A stretch of DNA of 63,825 nucleotides, the filler included, from Sluysia triapertura (lineage: Eukaryota), in the NCBI GenBank assembly GCA_046118255.1. It is 5 parts of 5 records of this genome, joined end to end, with 100 filler letters (N's around TTAATTAATTAA, not from the genome) between each part and the next. Parts side by side here need not be neighbours in the genome. Positions count along the whole stretch, not along the records: positions 1 to 13,206 come from JBJNIA010053109.1; positions 13,307 to 25,987 come from JBJNIA010090568.1; 3 more parts are not named here. One strand, 5' to 3'. The notes under the pieces were generated by a model. It saw only the letters and a list, made by a program, of their open reading frames with translations, did no database searches and was not told the DNA's origin. The translations under genes and the position numbers were made by a program. Position 1 is the first letter of the stretch, and each line of letters opens with the position of its first letter. Of the stretch, positions 1-13,824 are shown piece by piece.

Positions 1-859
1 AAATATAAAGAAAAAATAATGTACAATACAACATGAAGTCTATGACATTAAATATTAATTTTTAAATAGTGCATTGAGGTGTAAACAATATGTAACAATA
101 TGTATGAATTATATCATAAAACACTTAACTAAATTTTTAATGAAACTATGAAAAGAACTTAGTATAATTTGTTTTTTTAAATAATTTTTGCTCATCCTAA
201 AAATACAAATGAAATTTTTATATATTTATTTGATAATTATAGCTGACAGCAATCAGAAGCGTTTCTTATTTTAAGTTTTTGTATACATACTTATTAATGA
301 TTAAATAAAAAGTAATAAATGCGTATAGTACTGTTTATTTAGAATATTGCAATTCGGCCCTCTACATGGGCAATGCTCGTCTTAGCAAAAGTTCTCATAA
401 TTTTTTTATATTTTTACTAAATTATTATGTTATAATGTTTGTTATTATGTTTGTAAAATGTAAAAACTTGTTCCATTCCGTTCCATGACCAGAATTGATA
501 TATAAAATATCCGAAGACATAAATATAATCTCTAAAAATAGAAAATTAAAAGTTAATTAAGTCTTTTATAAATTTTAAAGCTGCACAATCAAAATACTAT
601 TTATATTAATAATTAACACGGTCTATTACCTCGAGAAAACAAATTTTCTTGAAGGTAAATTGTATCTTGATACTGTAAACATAATCTATAATCTATTTTG
701 GACCTTAAAGTTACTAACTTCATTGAAACATAGCTTGGCTATATTTATACCTAATGAAAGAGTCTTTCTTTAGGATAATATTATATGAGACAGTTCAATT
801 GAAATGTTGGAGTTTTTAAAAGATCAAATTTTATAACAGATATTAAATAAATACTTTGC

Positions 860-1248
860 AGATCAGCAAATGGATAGGTATATATAAAAGTGGGAAAAGC
901 AAAATAATAAAAAGAAAGACTGATAATGAGAATAAAAGAAATAATAATGATAACAATAACGTGGTTATTATATTTATTAATAATGGCATTGTTGATATTG
1001 ATATGAAATTTATTATAAAAGTTATTATTTGATAATCATATTATATAACAATAATGACAATAATTATTAATTATATTGTTTAATACGATTTGAATTGTAA
1101 TAATAATAGCCGTAGTTCATGATAATTATGTGCAATGATTATGTTTGTTTTTTGAATGAGTTTAGTAGTTTGTTTAATAATCTGTGTACATGTGAAATGT
1201 CTTTATGTGTTGAAGTGTGACGAATTTTGTGTGATTTCCCTACACCAC
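860..1248. repeat. Dispersed repeat, inverted homolog of ~51528-51905
   Basis: GAATGAGTTTAGTAGTTTGTTTAATAATCT...GTGATTTCCCTA here aligns with the reverse complement of TAGGGAAATCAC...AGATTATTAAACAAACTACTAGACTCATTC at ~51530-51620. Similarity extends through the AAT-rich part. Boundaries approximate. Confidence 0.8.
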
Positions 1249-1946
1249 CAATATGCCAAGAAAATGAATTGATTCGAAAAAATACAGCAGCGATCAACCT
1301 CACAAAAATCATTCAATGTATCATAATAAAGACCAAGAATCTGACTTCAAAGTATTCACAATAAATTTAATCAAAGACTACTACTTTGAATATTCATAAA
1401 ATAAATGATTTGTTGGAATGTAATTTCGAATGTGAAACAAATATTAACTTAGGATGTACTAAATTACATCAATTAATGTCATCAGTTGTAAATTCTTTTA
1501 CGTAAATAAAGAAACGTAACGCAGTTTAGCGCATAATTTTCGCGGTTCCAAATTTTATAAATAATTTTCTTTTATTTAAAATCGCATCTCATTAATGTTA
1601 TATTTTAAAAAAATGTTTATTAACGGTAAACATTGAAACTAAAGAAAAATTTTAAAGTCAAAGTTGCTATTTTATCTTTTTGTCTAAATAATTATTTAAA
1701 CCATATTAATTTTACTATAATTTATTTTAATTAAGCACATATTTCTTATTTTGATATTTCCGTAAGTCGTTCGAAAATTATATTGTACTACAAACAATTT
1801 TATAATTCTGATTTCAACATTTACCTTAATCATTTATCTTGTTTCTTTCTCTCTAATTAAGAAATATTTAATGCACCATATTAAATGGTAAATCACATTT
1901 TACTGAACCGAATTAAAATAATCAAATTATTAGATTTAATACTGAC

Positions 1947-3143
1947 CCCTTTAAAAATCTTTTCTTTTAAATTTTCTACACAAGTTATTGATCCATCCGG
2001 TGACACATGCTTCTTCCATTCTTCTTCTGTAAGCGGTTTCCTTCGCTGTATAGGTGATGGTGGTGGCAATTTGATTCTTATAGGCTAAACATATTAATCA
2101 ATATTAAAATGTTTTAATTAAGATATTATAAAGATAAATTATCTTTGCAAAGCAAATATTTAAATTTTATAATTGAAATATAAGTTGAATCACAAAATAA
2201 TTAAATTTTAAAAACATTAAAATCGAAAATATTTTTTAATATTAAATTAAATACATTATATCATAAATAATTTTCTAACCTTAGTTATTATCATAAATCC
2301 ATTATCAGTCTCAGATTTAGTACCAAATTTCACACCATTGTAATCCATACTTAAAGAATCTTCGCGGATTAGGTTTCGAAATTTGCTATCATCATAATTA
2401 CTTTTACGTTGAATGTGATTAGTAATATTAGCTCCAATATTGATTAGGCCTAAAATAAATTCATTACTGAATTTATAACATTTACCTGACCATAAATTAT
2501 TTGTCATTTGGTTTCTTTTTGTTCTATTAATTGGATTTGACACATCATTTATAAAAAGATGCAAATTGTCGAAACTGTCTAATATATTCAGATCACGTTT
2601 AGGTTCAACCAAATAAAGTGTTTTGTCATTATCAGACCTTCAAAATAAAAATAATAATTATTAAAGTTACTTCGATACAATTAAGTAATTCTCTAATTTT
2701 TCCATTAAATTTCTAGTACCTCCATCAGGAAAAACTAGCATTGGATTAAGATTACCTTCGCGTTCATAAAATATCATATATGAATAATAATTCCCAAAAG
2801 TCATTTTAGACCTTTTGATTGATTTAATATTTTCAATATCAATTTTTATAGGTTTTATACCTTTTGGAACAGAATCTCCTAAACGACTTTATAAATATCA
2901 CTTTATTTACCCATTGGCTTCCATATGATATATCTTTCTAAGGCCACATTTGAAGCATAAGTTTTCTGGTAAATGCATATGCTTAAAATAATACCTTACT
3001 TTTTCCGTTAAAAGTAATGTTCCATAAACTTCTTTGTCATATTCTGATGATAGGCTGTCAAAATGAACAATATACACATTTCGATTTTCGTACATAATAG
3101 AAAAATCCTAGAATATATCTTAAGTTAATTATAAATTTACCAT
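1947..3143 (-). CDS. TBC1D15/TBC1D17-like Rab GAP, 5' exons only (the TBC domain presumably continues off the window start)
   Basis: Manual splice model: exons 3143-3141 (ATG), 3107-3000, 2965-2911, 2878-2671, 2637-2280, 2084-1947. All introns are GT-AG and the frame is consistent. Protein MDFSIMYENRNVYIVH...ERYIIWKPMG...PIQRRKPLTEEEWKKHVSPDGSITCVENLKEKIFKG matches the TBC1D15/17 N-terminus and the pre-TBC 'P(L/V)TEEEW..H.DPEG.I..V..LK..IF.GG' segment. Confidence 0.85.
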
Positions 3144-5639
3144 TTGTTACCAAGTCTAGAAAATAATAATTCTTAAAATAGAAATAAATTGATTCTATTA
3201 ATAAATTAGCACAACTATTACGTATTAATAGATTAAAGTATATAAAATAAGCATAAGCACATTAAATTAATTTATAAAATATTACATAATACAAAATATT
3301 AGATGCGTTTCTTAATTATTATGTATTTTTTATATTTATTTTACCTGAAAAATGAAATCTAATGTTAAATGGAATATAAAAACAATTCCCGAAATCATAT
3401 AACAAATAATAAGTTACACTTGTAACTTTCATTTATTTATTTCGAAGTATGAAGTATATTTTTTATACATAGAAATATATTTTGCAAGATACCCATAGTT
3501 AAGTTTCGTATAAGTTCTAGAAAAATATTACTTAAAGAATTAGTCAGATTATTATTATAACTTTAATCATATTTCCTTAATAAAATTTCAGAAAACTGAC
3601 TATTCATATCTAAATTCAATAAATTTGTAAAATTAACAAATTAGGTATATTGAATTAATTAATTGGTTTATACATGTGAAAAAAGCCTATCATAAATGAA
3701 AAATACTTAGGTGAGTTCGCATGTGATCTGCAAGAAAATGTATAAAATAAATTAATTTAACTTAAAAATGAGTGAGTCCACCAACTTATTGGTCTTACGA
3801 ACTTAATGGCCAACCGTTGGATTTAGAATCAATTATCAAAAATCTAATGTACTATGACTCGATAATTTATTAATTCAATATTTAAAGAGGTCTCTTTTTA
3901 AGATGTTTAAGGAGTTTAAATGATTTTAAAAATAATATAAGAATTTTAATATGATTCGATTATACGAACCTTTTTTTAATGTGAATTTTAATAAGATTCG
4001 ATGAAACGAACCTTTAAACTTACAGTATTTTAATGCGGTTCTTACGTGGAACCGATACTTTATGATTTTAAGTTTACAAGTTTAAAACAACAAAGTATAG
4101 GAACAAATATATATGACAAAAAAGAAATCGTATAATAAAAGTCATGAATAATAGGTTTAAAATGATTATACATATAATCAAAGATAATGAATTTAAATAG
4201 CAATTTAATAAGCTATCATGAAACGATAGCTGTACAATATTATAAAAGATTTTAAGTGTATTTTAAAAAATGTAATTTTAAATATTACAAGAAACTTACA
4301 AAAAACAAACTAACGATGAACTAAGAATGGAATCGAATTAATTGTGTCTGGTCGCTCGAAGTCAAATTCAAGAAACGATGATTAGCAAGTTGACGTTTGA
4401 ATTTTTTAACGTGTTGTCTAGTGAGAGTAATTACAAAAATTTAAAGCTATTTATGTAGGTCCAATGACCTTGACGGCTAATTAAAACAAAAATTGAAAAT
4501 AGACTGAATTTTTGAAAAGCTAGGTGTATTTTTTAATGTTTGTATCATAAATAATAATTTTAATGTTTGTATAATAAATAATAATATTTTATTAAAAGGA
4601 TGACGACTAACACAAATTTAATGTATTTTAATAAATAATATTAATTTAAAGAACGTATTTTAATTCTTATTATAAAAATGTAAATGGTATCGACTAACGT
4701 AAAAAAATAAAGATCCACGGAAATTAATTATTAATTTGTATTAATTCCAAAATAAATTAAACTAAATAAAATTATTGATTATTAATTCCAAAATAAATTA
4801 TAAAATTATTGATTGTTTTCTGTAATTCTAAAATTTATTCTAAAATTCGTGTGTTTATTAGTTAGTGTGTTTATTAGTTATATTAGTTTACCTATAAGTT
4901 AGTGTGTTTATTAGTTATTTTAACAATAATAATGGTGCATCTTTGAGATTATTGGGAACAATAAATAAATATTAGTTTAATTTACTTAAATAGAATCTCA
5001 ATAATTTTAATATTCACTAGATTAAGTATAAATTATTACAAATTTTCTTATTTTAATAATGATATTTATTCAACACAAAAATTACGTTCTTAATTCAAAT
5101 TAATAACAATAACTTAATACTAATATAATAATTACAAAATTAAATACAAGTTGTTATTATAAGTTTCTGCTTTAACACTACTAGAAGTGAATTTAATAAA
5201 AATGACTAAATTTCAAAATTAACAATAATATTTATAGCAATATTAATACCATAATAATCTATCCAAAGAAATCAGAAAAATATTAATCAATAATCACGCT
5301 TGTCAAATATAAATTTCCAGGCACAACACAAAAACAAAAAATATTTTAATAAAATCCCCCCAAAACAATATTATTTTTAATTATAAAATAAATTCAAAAA
5401 TTGCTTAAAGCATGGATCTTCCTGATTTGCGTAACTAATTGTCGTTATTTTTGTGTTGTGAAGTAAATTTTTAAGTATTCCTTTTTATATTTTCTCATCA
5501 TCCAATCATTCTCACACAAATGACTACAACATTCTTTGGGAATTAATCCGACAATAATAACTTTAACAGTTATATGGTACAAAACACAAAATATTGATTT
5601 ACGATTATCTATTATTTTCCTTTACTCTACTCAATCTAC

Positions 5640-6650
5640 TTTTACTTAAATTAATTCTCACATTAAAATAACAATCATTATTGTTGTTAACATGCATAAA
5701 GAATAATGAATTTAATTTTAGTTTTCAGAATTTAATTGATTTTTGGTTTTTCGCACCCAATTATTTACAGAACATGTTTACAGTTCTTATTCTCAACAAA
5801 CCACTCTAGGGATATTTCAAACTCACGTCTAGATTCTCCTTTTTCATAGAAACCATTTCATATTCAATTCATGATATTTTCATCATTCTAAGTAAAAAAA
5901 ATTCAACATTCCATAATTAAATATTAATTAAAATTTGACTTTGCTTAATATTAAGGCTTTCCTTGCATGAACTCAGTCAAACCATAACATTATCGAAATG
6001 TCTTTTTAAAACAAATACATACACTGTTTCAAATTTAACATAGCATTCCTCATTCAAAAGTTATTCACAAAAACGTACTTTTTCTTAATTAGGTTAATTA
6101 ATATATTAATTAATTAATCTATTTTTAGACTTAATCTTATTTTATGTTTAAAGGTTTTATGAAGGTCTTAAAGTTATTTAGTAGGTTTTAAGGCATTCAG
6201 GAGGCTCTAGATGTTTTCACCTTTACTTCCTTGATTCCTTTTTCTACTTCTTTATGTTAGTTATTACCATACTAGATTTATCCTTATTACAAATAACAAT
6301 GATTTTATTTCTCAAATATTTTAAAGATTTTCTATACTTTATTCGAAGATCTTAAATGCTTATCAAGGTTTCAAGAATATTTAAAGGTTAATAAAGTCTT
6401 AAAGATCTAAGGGTTTACAAGTTCAAAGGTACTTTAATGCTTCAAAAGGTTTTCCAAGTCCATCTCAAACTTCCATAAGGTCTCAAATCCTTACATAGGT
6501 CTTTGGAACTCCAAGGTATTCTTTAGCTGGTAATACTATTATAGATGTTTTGACTTTCATGATTCTTACTCCAACAATATTTATAATTTTCAGTTCTTCA
6601 TTCATTTTATAGTTTTATACGTTTCTCACTCATCTCCTGATACATTTTGG
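5640..6650. repeat. ~1 kb dispersed repeat, copy 1 (direct homolog of 10680-12390)
   Basis: Long shared blocks, e.g. TCTCACATTAAAATAACAATCA, TAATCTATTTTTAGACTTAATCTTATT, GGAGGCTCTAGATGTTTTCA, AAAGGTTTTCCAAGTCCAT, CTCATCT.CTGAT. Confidence 0.85.
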
Positions 6651-7472
6651 CAATTCCAACAATAATAATAATAATATCATTATAAATTTAGAGAATAAAT
6701 ATTACAATGTTTACATTTTAAAATTGATTATAATTCGTAATTTCATAAGTAATGTAAAATAAGAATAATTTAATTTAAATGAAAATTGAAATAAATCTTT
6801 TATAATCTAAAATAAAGCAAAAATAAAACTAAAATATTTTAGTTACTTCAAATAAATAACTGTAAGATGCTGAAATTAAGATATAAATGTATTAACAAAT
6901 TCATTAATATTGAAAGAAAAAGCAAAATGTAGAAACTAAGCACACCAAGTAGAAAAAGCTACAAATTAAACGAAGTACCTCATGAATAAAAAGTGCACGG
7001 TTTTATTAAATTAGAAATGAAAAACGAATACGAAATAATAATAATAATATCAATTTTTATAACACTTTATATTCATTTTTGTCACAATTCCAGTTGGACT
7101 ATTTTAAAAGTAAATCTTCGGTTAAAACAGTAACAATTCTTACAATGCTTAGTACAAAATAAGCATAAGAATAAATTCCAAAATTTTATAATACTGATAG
7201 ACAGCGAAACTACTATATTTTGTTTATTTACGCATAGTACTTCCTTTTTAAATTAACTAATGCACATTTTATAATAGTATACCTTATAAAATTATGATAG
7301 TGTGTTTTATTAATTAAGTAATTAAATTATTTTGAACTGACACACCGAAATAACTGAAAATTGTATTGGTTACAAAATAAGTTCTATGTTTAGTTAAATA
7401 AAAAGCTTTAATGTATTATAATTCATTTTTAATCAATAAAGTATAATTATATTATAATTTAATGTACCAAAA

Positions 7473-8039
7473 ATGACATCTACAGATAATAACGATATTG
7501 GAAATATAATTTTAAAAACACAAAAGAAATTTTTCAGTTCTGTATCAAATCGTAAATTAATTAGCAAAATTATGGATGAAAAAAGTAAAAAATTATTAGA
7601 TTCTGCTTATGTGTTATTGAAATACGTATATAAAAAAGAAGCAAAGAAGATTATTTCGCGATGGATTAAAATTCTAATTAAAATAAACTTGATATATCGA
7701 AATGACTTGTTCAATGATAATGAATTGATAGAATTTTTAAAATTGCAATATTTAATACAGAATTTGGTGAAAACAGTATCTAGTTTTCGTTTAATTGAGT
7801 TTTCATTTGATGTTAATGTTTTGGTGGAATTATTAAATGAAATTGAATCCATCTTATTGATTGTATCAGAATGTCACATGCAAGAAAAGAATCGTTATAA
7901 AATGAAAGAATTGTTTACACTTTTAAAATCTAATAATTTCTTAGAACAAATATTTAATTACGATAAGTCATCATATTTATTCAAGCCAATGGATGATTTT
8001 GTTTTTAATCTCGAAAACGTATTGACAAATAATTTATAA
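7473..8039 (+). CDS. TNFAIP8: TNFAIP8/TIPE family protein (intronless, 188 aa)
   Basis: QKKFFSSVSNRKLISKIMDEKSKKLLDSAY...KKEAKKII..WIKILIKINLIYRNDLFNDNE...VSSFRLIEFSFDVNVL matches the family pattern AQKK..SKM..K..A..LIDD.SS.VLD.LY...KKEA.K.IKNLIK.V.KL..L.RN.QF...E...SF....FTFD...L. Length is typical and the ORF is complete (ATG to TAA). Confidence 0.9.
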   Translation: MTSTDNNDIGNIILKTQKKFFSSVSNRKLISKIMDEKSKKLLDSAYVLLKYVYKKEAKKIISRWIKILIKINLIYRNDLFNDNELIEFLKLQYLIQNLVKTVSSFRLIEFSFDVNVLVELLNEIESILLIVSECHMQEKNRYKMKELFTLLKSNNFLEQIFNYDKSSYLFKPMDDFVFNLENVLTNNL

Positions 8040-10263
8040 TTATCAATTTATTATGATTTTATGACAGTCAATAAATTTGTTCATTTTTGTAAAAATTAAA
8101 TCCACTTTAATCTTTCGTTTGCCAAAAAGTATGCATTGCATACTATGCAGATCCATTGGACCAATAAAATAATGATCCAACCATATAAATAAACATATTA
8201 GTCTAATGTACATTTTTATATAAGTCAAAATAATTTTCATGTAACATTATAAAATGACTATTGAAATTTATACTCGGGTCCATTGGAAAGTTAAATATGT
8301 TTAAAATATGTTTATTTGTCATAATTTATATATATAAGAAATGTAATTCTAAATAATTTGGTTTTATCTTATTAGTTTAACTAGTTAAATTATTCAGATA
8401 CGTAAAACATTAGTAACAGATAAGGTTTTATCTCGGATATTGTAATCGGATTTTTATTTCAGTATTAATTAAATTACACAATCATGTAAAAGTTATTTTT
8501 TAATTTAACCTTTGTGTTTATTTACTATTAAATTTTTATTTTATGCAGTTCGTTTGTGACAGATTATTTTAGAATATGATTTTAGATATCCTTAATTCTA
8601 ATACAATGAGTCATTTAGAAAATTACTATGGGGGTATTTGTTAGCGTAAGGCCAAAAAATGTGCGTAATAAAAATTCGGCTTTATTGTTTTATTTAAATT
8701 ATTCTATTGGTGTAACCGATTCAAAATTATGGTATAACTTTATTAAGCTTTTAAGGGTTTGTTGTTATATTACAATTATTTGAATTGTCATAAGAATTAA
8801 ACTTTGAACTTTAAGATATAGTTTATTAAAATTCAGTTAATTAAATCGACTTACTAATAATCGCTACGTTAAGAAGGTTATTATGAAAACAAATTTAATA
8901 TTATATGAGGTAAATTTTCTAAGGTAAATCTTGCATTTTTGTAACTACGATAAACCTAGTTTTAAAACCAAGTAGTAAATACTTTTTGTGCTTTCTTTTT
9001 ATTGAGTGATTATTTAATTATAAACCGTGAATTGTTATATATATGTATGAATGTGTACTAAGCTTACCAGTTAGGGCTAGCCGTTGGATATGTAGATAAA
9101 AGATTTTGAAGTAAAGTTTAGGATGATTTTCTAAAAACGTGCGTGGTTTTAATATTCTTATCTTAACAACTTTACTATTAATTTTCAAATTTAGTGATTT
9201 AGGCTAAATTCTGGAGGTATATAAATTATCTCTGGTAATAAATTTCTGAATAATTAAGGCAATTATTTAACTGTAGAAATAGAAATAATTTACACAGTAT
9301 TTAACGAAGATCCTATGATAAGGATCTATAAGAATGATTTTACGTGATTAGAGTTAAATTCTAATCGTTGAAATCTTTACTATACTGAAGATTTTATAAT
9401 TGAAGCTATGAAATTTAACAATGAAGAAATAATTACTTAAAATTTATTAAAATGATGGATAAATAAAATCACAGATGAAATATAAAAATAATAAAATAAT
9501 TAATTTACGAGGAACTAATTTAATCAATTTAATTACTGAAATGACAATATTTTAATGAATATTTTGCGACAGATCTATTATAAGATCTTTTTGAAAAATA
9601 GTTATAAAATAAATTTACGTAGATTTTATGTGGATATATGTCATAATCCATGACTTAATACAATAAACTAACGTATTCTTTTTAAACCAAGATTTATCAA
9701 GCAGAACTCCGCAGAAACGGAATACGACTTCGTAAAAATTTGTTCTTTCAAAAATTGAAAATTATATTAAAATTATGTGATGCTTGACAAATCCTGCCAC
9801 TATAGTCGACTTAGCTGGTCTTTGCCAGATTAAAACAATTATTTTAATTTTAATATGAAAACAAATTATTTCATTAAAATTAATTTTAAAATTTATATTT
9901 AATTAATAATTTAAAAATCGCTTACGTTAGTTTTTTTCAATTAATGTAATCCAAAATTAAAAATTAATATTCTAAAATTAAAAAAATCAATAATTTAAAA
10001 AGTTCATAAATTAACAATATTAATGTATATCAACAATGTATCAATTGTTCATTATAATGTATGTATAATTACAACAATAAAGTAAAATTACGACAATAAA
10101 TCAATGTATAAATCAAAGTATAAATAAAATCACAAATCAGTTACAGAACGGTTGTCGTAAATCATCAACTCCACATGCATATGCACAATGTTGACCTTCT
10201 TAACCCATTGACCAGATTCTGATGTCTCATACATGCATTGTCCGGTTTTGTAATAGTATAGAT

Positions 10264-10330
10264 CAGTGATTCCCAAACTTTTCGGTCATACCGACCCCTT
10301 TTCAGAATAAATATTACTTAGCGCCCCCAA
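10264..10330 (+). mobile_element. hAT (Charlie/Buster-type) terminal sequence
   Basis: CAGTGATTCCCAAACTTTT followed by CCGACCCC / GCGCCCCC subterminal-like motifs. No matching other end found. Confidence 0.55.
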
Positions 10331-10679
10331 ACAAACCCACACCACATTTTGGATTTATAGAGAAAAGATTTTTTAAGTAAAGGTGGAATAACTTCCTCAA
10401 GTGTAAATTTAATAGGATGCTCCTACTTTTTTGCTACTAATATCAGAACTTAAATGCATATAGCCAAATCTGTTAATTTCTGGAGGTATTTTAATAAATG
10501 GGAGTCAATACAAGCTGCAGATAGTATTTTAACAAGGTTTATAAACAAGTGGAATTTAATATAGCAACTTTGACAATTTTATGGTACATTTTGCCAAAGT
10601 TTATTAGGTACAAAACGCAAAAATTTGAATAATGATGAACCATTATCTTCATAAACTTTACTGAATCTGTTTTTATTTA

Positions 10680-12390
10680 CATTACTTCTCACATTAAAAT
10701 AACAATCAACAATATTGTTAACATACATAATAATGAATTTAATTTCACTTTTTAGAATTTAATTAATTTTCGATTTTTCACACCAAATTTTCAAATGAAA
10801 AATGTTTTATGGTTCTTATTCTCAAACGAACAATTTTACAAACATTTTGAACTCACTTATAGATTCTCCTCTCTCATAGCAATCATCTCACATTCAATTC
10901 ATTATATTTGCATCATTCTAAGTATAAAAATTCAACATTACATAATTAAGAATTAATTAAAATTTGACTTTGCTCAATATTAAGTTTTTCTTTTCAAAAC
11001 AAATACATACACAGTTTCAAAATTAACATAGAATTCCCCATTAAACGTTATTCCAAAAACGTACTTTTCTTAATTAAGTTAATTAAGATTTTAATTAATT
11101 AATCTATTTTTAGACTTAATCTTATTATATGTTTAAATTTTTTATTAAGTTGCTAAAGTTTTTTTTAGTAGTTTATAAGGCATTAAGGAGGCTCTAGATG
11201 TTTTCATCTTTATCTCTCTGATTCCTTTTTCTACTTGTTCATATTAATTATTACCATAATACATTTATTTACTTCTGTGGTTTTTCTTAACCTAATGCTT
11301 AACCTACGCCAAAATATTTTTGGAGCAGGATTCGGTTACAATAAATGTCTTATGTCGTGAAAATGGCGTTTATGTAACGATATAAGCTAATAATTTTTCT
11401 AAATTCAAATGTTAGGGTCTTACAATTGCTCAAGAGTATAACTTTAATAATTTATCAAATAACACAAAAATATCAATATCAGAATACAAAATTTTAACAA
11501 CTATGGTAATAGATAAAGAATGTAAAAATAATTATTTTAGGGATTAAAGCTCAGAGAACGTTTAATCTAATGCAAAAATAATTTGAGTGGATTTTACCCC
11601 TCAATATATGGGGGACTTAAAAATTTTACAAAATAATATAAAATTTGCCTGTATTTTATGATTTAAACTTCAAAAGTTCAAAAATGGAATTGGTAAATTG
11701 TGAAGGATTACTAAGATTTCACAATTTTTCTAATCGCAGCAAACTGAAGCAAATTGAAGTAAATTGCTTTTCCAAAATGGCGATTTTTATTTTACTGATG
11801 CTAGTTTATAATATAGTTATCAGCCAACGAAAGTCTAGAACATTCTAGAAGATTCTATTTATTTTTAGAAGCGAATTTTCTTTTTTCGAAAAATAAATTT
11901 CTGTTTTGTAAAATAATTTTTTATATTAATTTTAAGGATTAATAAAGCGTTTTATATGATTATAATTGATTTTTAGATAGTTTTAAATAATTTTTAAGTG
12001 TTATTACGATATTTTAACATTATTTCATAGGGTTGTGATGATAACCTAACAATACCAGTAACAATGACTTTATTTCTCAAATATTTTAAATACTTTATAA
12101 GGTTTCTAAAGGATCTTAAAAGCTTATCGATGGCTTCAAGTTTACTTAAAGGTCAATAAGGTGTTAAATGATCTAAATGTTCATAATTACAAAGGTTTTC
12201 CAAGTCCATTTCAAACTTCCGTAAGGTTTTTGGAACTCAAATGTATTTATATCTATTAACATAATAATAGATGTTTTCATTTTCATGATTATAATTCCAC
12301 CAATGTTTGCAAAGTTCAATCCATCACTTTATGTACGTTCTTCCTTCATTTTATAGTTCTTTATGTTTTTCACTCATCTTCTGATCCCAA
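10680..12390. repeat. Copy 2 of the 5640-6650 repeat, interrupted by a nested insertion at ~11270-12055
   Basis: Homology to copy 1 stops at ~11270 (TTACCATA) and resumes at ~12058 (TAACAATGACTTTATTTCTCAAATATTTTAAA). Confidence 0.8.
11790..12043 (-). repeat. LTR-like repeat family member (others at ~19550-19709 -, ~21311-21545 +, ~36160-36324 -)
   Basis: Shared AGAACATTCTA..., GGAAAATAATT and terminal (A/T)GGGTTGTGATGA(C/T)A or GTGTTGTAATGACA, i.e. a TGTCA/TATCA start on the minus strand. Internal ATTGG(C/T)T.ATGAC...TATA.(A)CTAGCATC(A/T)GT resembles CCAAT-TATA-Inr. Confidence 0.55.
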
Positions 12391-13142
12391 CAATGCATCA
12401 GAAAAAAATAATCAGCTATTGCAGTGATTTCTGTATTAAATAGTAGCAAAATATGGTTCTTTACGCAGTGTTTAGATAATTGCTAGAAAGTAGGGAATTC
12501 GACGTAATTATTGGGCATGTCGACAATACATTCTTATTTCTTATGCTGACTAATTTTATTAATCAAATTTGAACATTAATTTCCATGGAATTTCCGTCTT
12601 AATATTATCTAGCAATTATTCAAATAAGCATTTATCTTTTTAAGATAATAAAATTAAAATTTAACATCATGGTTATAACAATACTTACTGATACAATACT
12701 GTATTAACTTAATTTGAATATAAATTCGATCAAGGATAAAGCTATTTCCAACAACAACACTACTTCACGGGTCAATTTCAATAACATGAATTAAATGATC
12801 TCTTAATGAGTATTAATATGACGGAGAAATTTAACTTTATAATGAAGAAACTGAAATAATGAAATAAAAATTAATTTAATAATGAAAATTAAGTGAAGAA
12901 AAAAATAATTTAATAATTAAATTGATAATAAAAATAATTATAAAAATTAAAAATGGAATTAAAAATTAAAAATAATTATAAACATAAATAAAATTTATAA
13001 TAATAGTTAAAAATATAACTATTGTTAATATTATTAGTAAGAATGGATTTAATGATAATAATAATACAAAATTGAAAATTAAATTAATTAAAATACATTA
13101 AAAAAAATAATTTTGGATTAAATTGATATTTTTTGAAAAGTT

Positions 13143-13143
13143 A

Positions 13144-13206
<63 letters not shown>
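13143..13206. repeat. (CTA)n microsatellite at contig end
   Basis: About 21 perfect ACT/CTA units running into the N gap. Confidence 0.95.
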
Positions 13207-13307
13207 NNNNNNNNNNNNNNNNNNNNNNNNNNNNNNNNNNNNNNNNNNNNTTAATTAATTAANNNNNNNNNNNNNNNNNNNNNNNNNNNNNNNNNNNNNN
13301 NNNNNNC
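13207..13307. other. Assembly gap with artificial TTAATTAATTAA spacer (same at 25988-26087, 38081-38180, 52229-52328; plain N gap at 49107-49265)
   Basis: The identical ~100-nt N-TTAATTAATTAA-N cassette occurs four times. Confidence 0.95.
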
Positions 13308-13772
13308 ACTCGTTTGTTTACATTGCTTTCCTTTCACCCTATTACTTTATGTCTAGAAATATTTCAAGAAAAGACAGAAAGATTGTGTAGTTAAAAAGAA
13401 GTTAAAGACTTATGCATTAAATTTCATTATTATCTTTTTTTACTCTTATTATAAACATTTTATTATCATTATTATTATCATCTTATTATTACTTTTAATC
13501 ATTTTATTATTATTATTATTCTTATTCTTATTATTATTATTCGACATCTTTATTATTATTTCGTTGTAATCATTATTATTATACATTAGTACTATTAGTA
13601 CTAACATGAATCATTATTATTACTATTATTACATCATTTAATCAATTACATTACTGTTGTATAAATAAAGCAAGTACAGGTGGTTGCCATTGATTTCTGT
13701 GTAGACGAGACACACAAGCTAAAATTTGTATAACACAAACAAAGAAAAATTGAATAACAGTCAGCAAGCACA

Positions 13773-13824
13773 AACCAATCAGAGTACATATCTCTCATCA
13801 GCTTTCTGACTACTCTGATTGGTT
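13773..13824. promoter_or_regulatory. Paired inverted CCAAT boxes upstream of the eIF4A-derived ORF
   Basis: AACCAATCAGAGTA (13773-13786) and TACTCTGATTGGTT (13811-13824) form a perfect 14-bp inverted repeat. Confidence 0.6.

Noticed and set aside
1885-2088. 67-aa + strand ORF (also 7607-7852, 33834-34088, 41475-41702, 47374-47559)
   Set aside because: Antisense shadows of real exons on the opposite strand.
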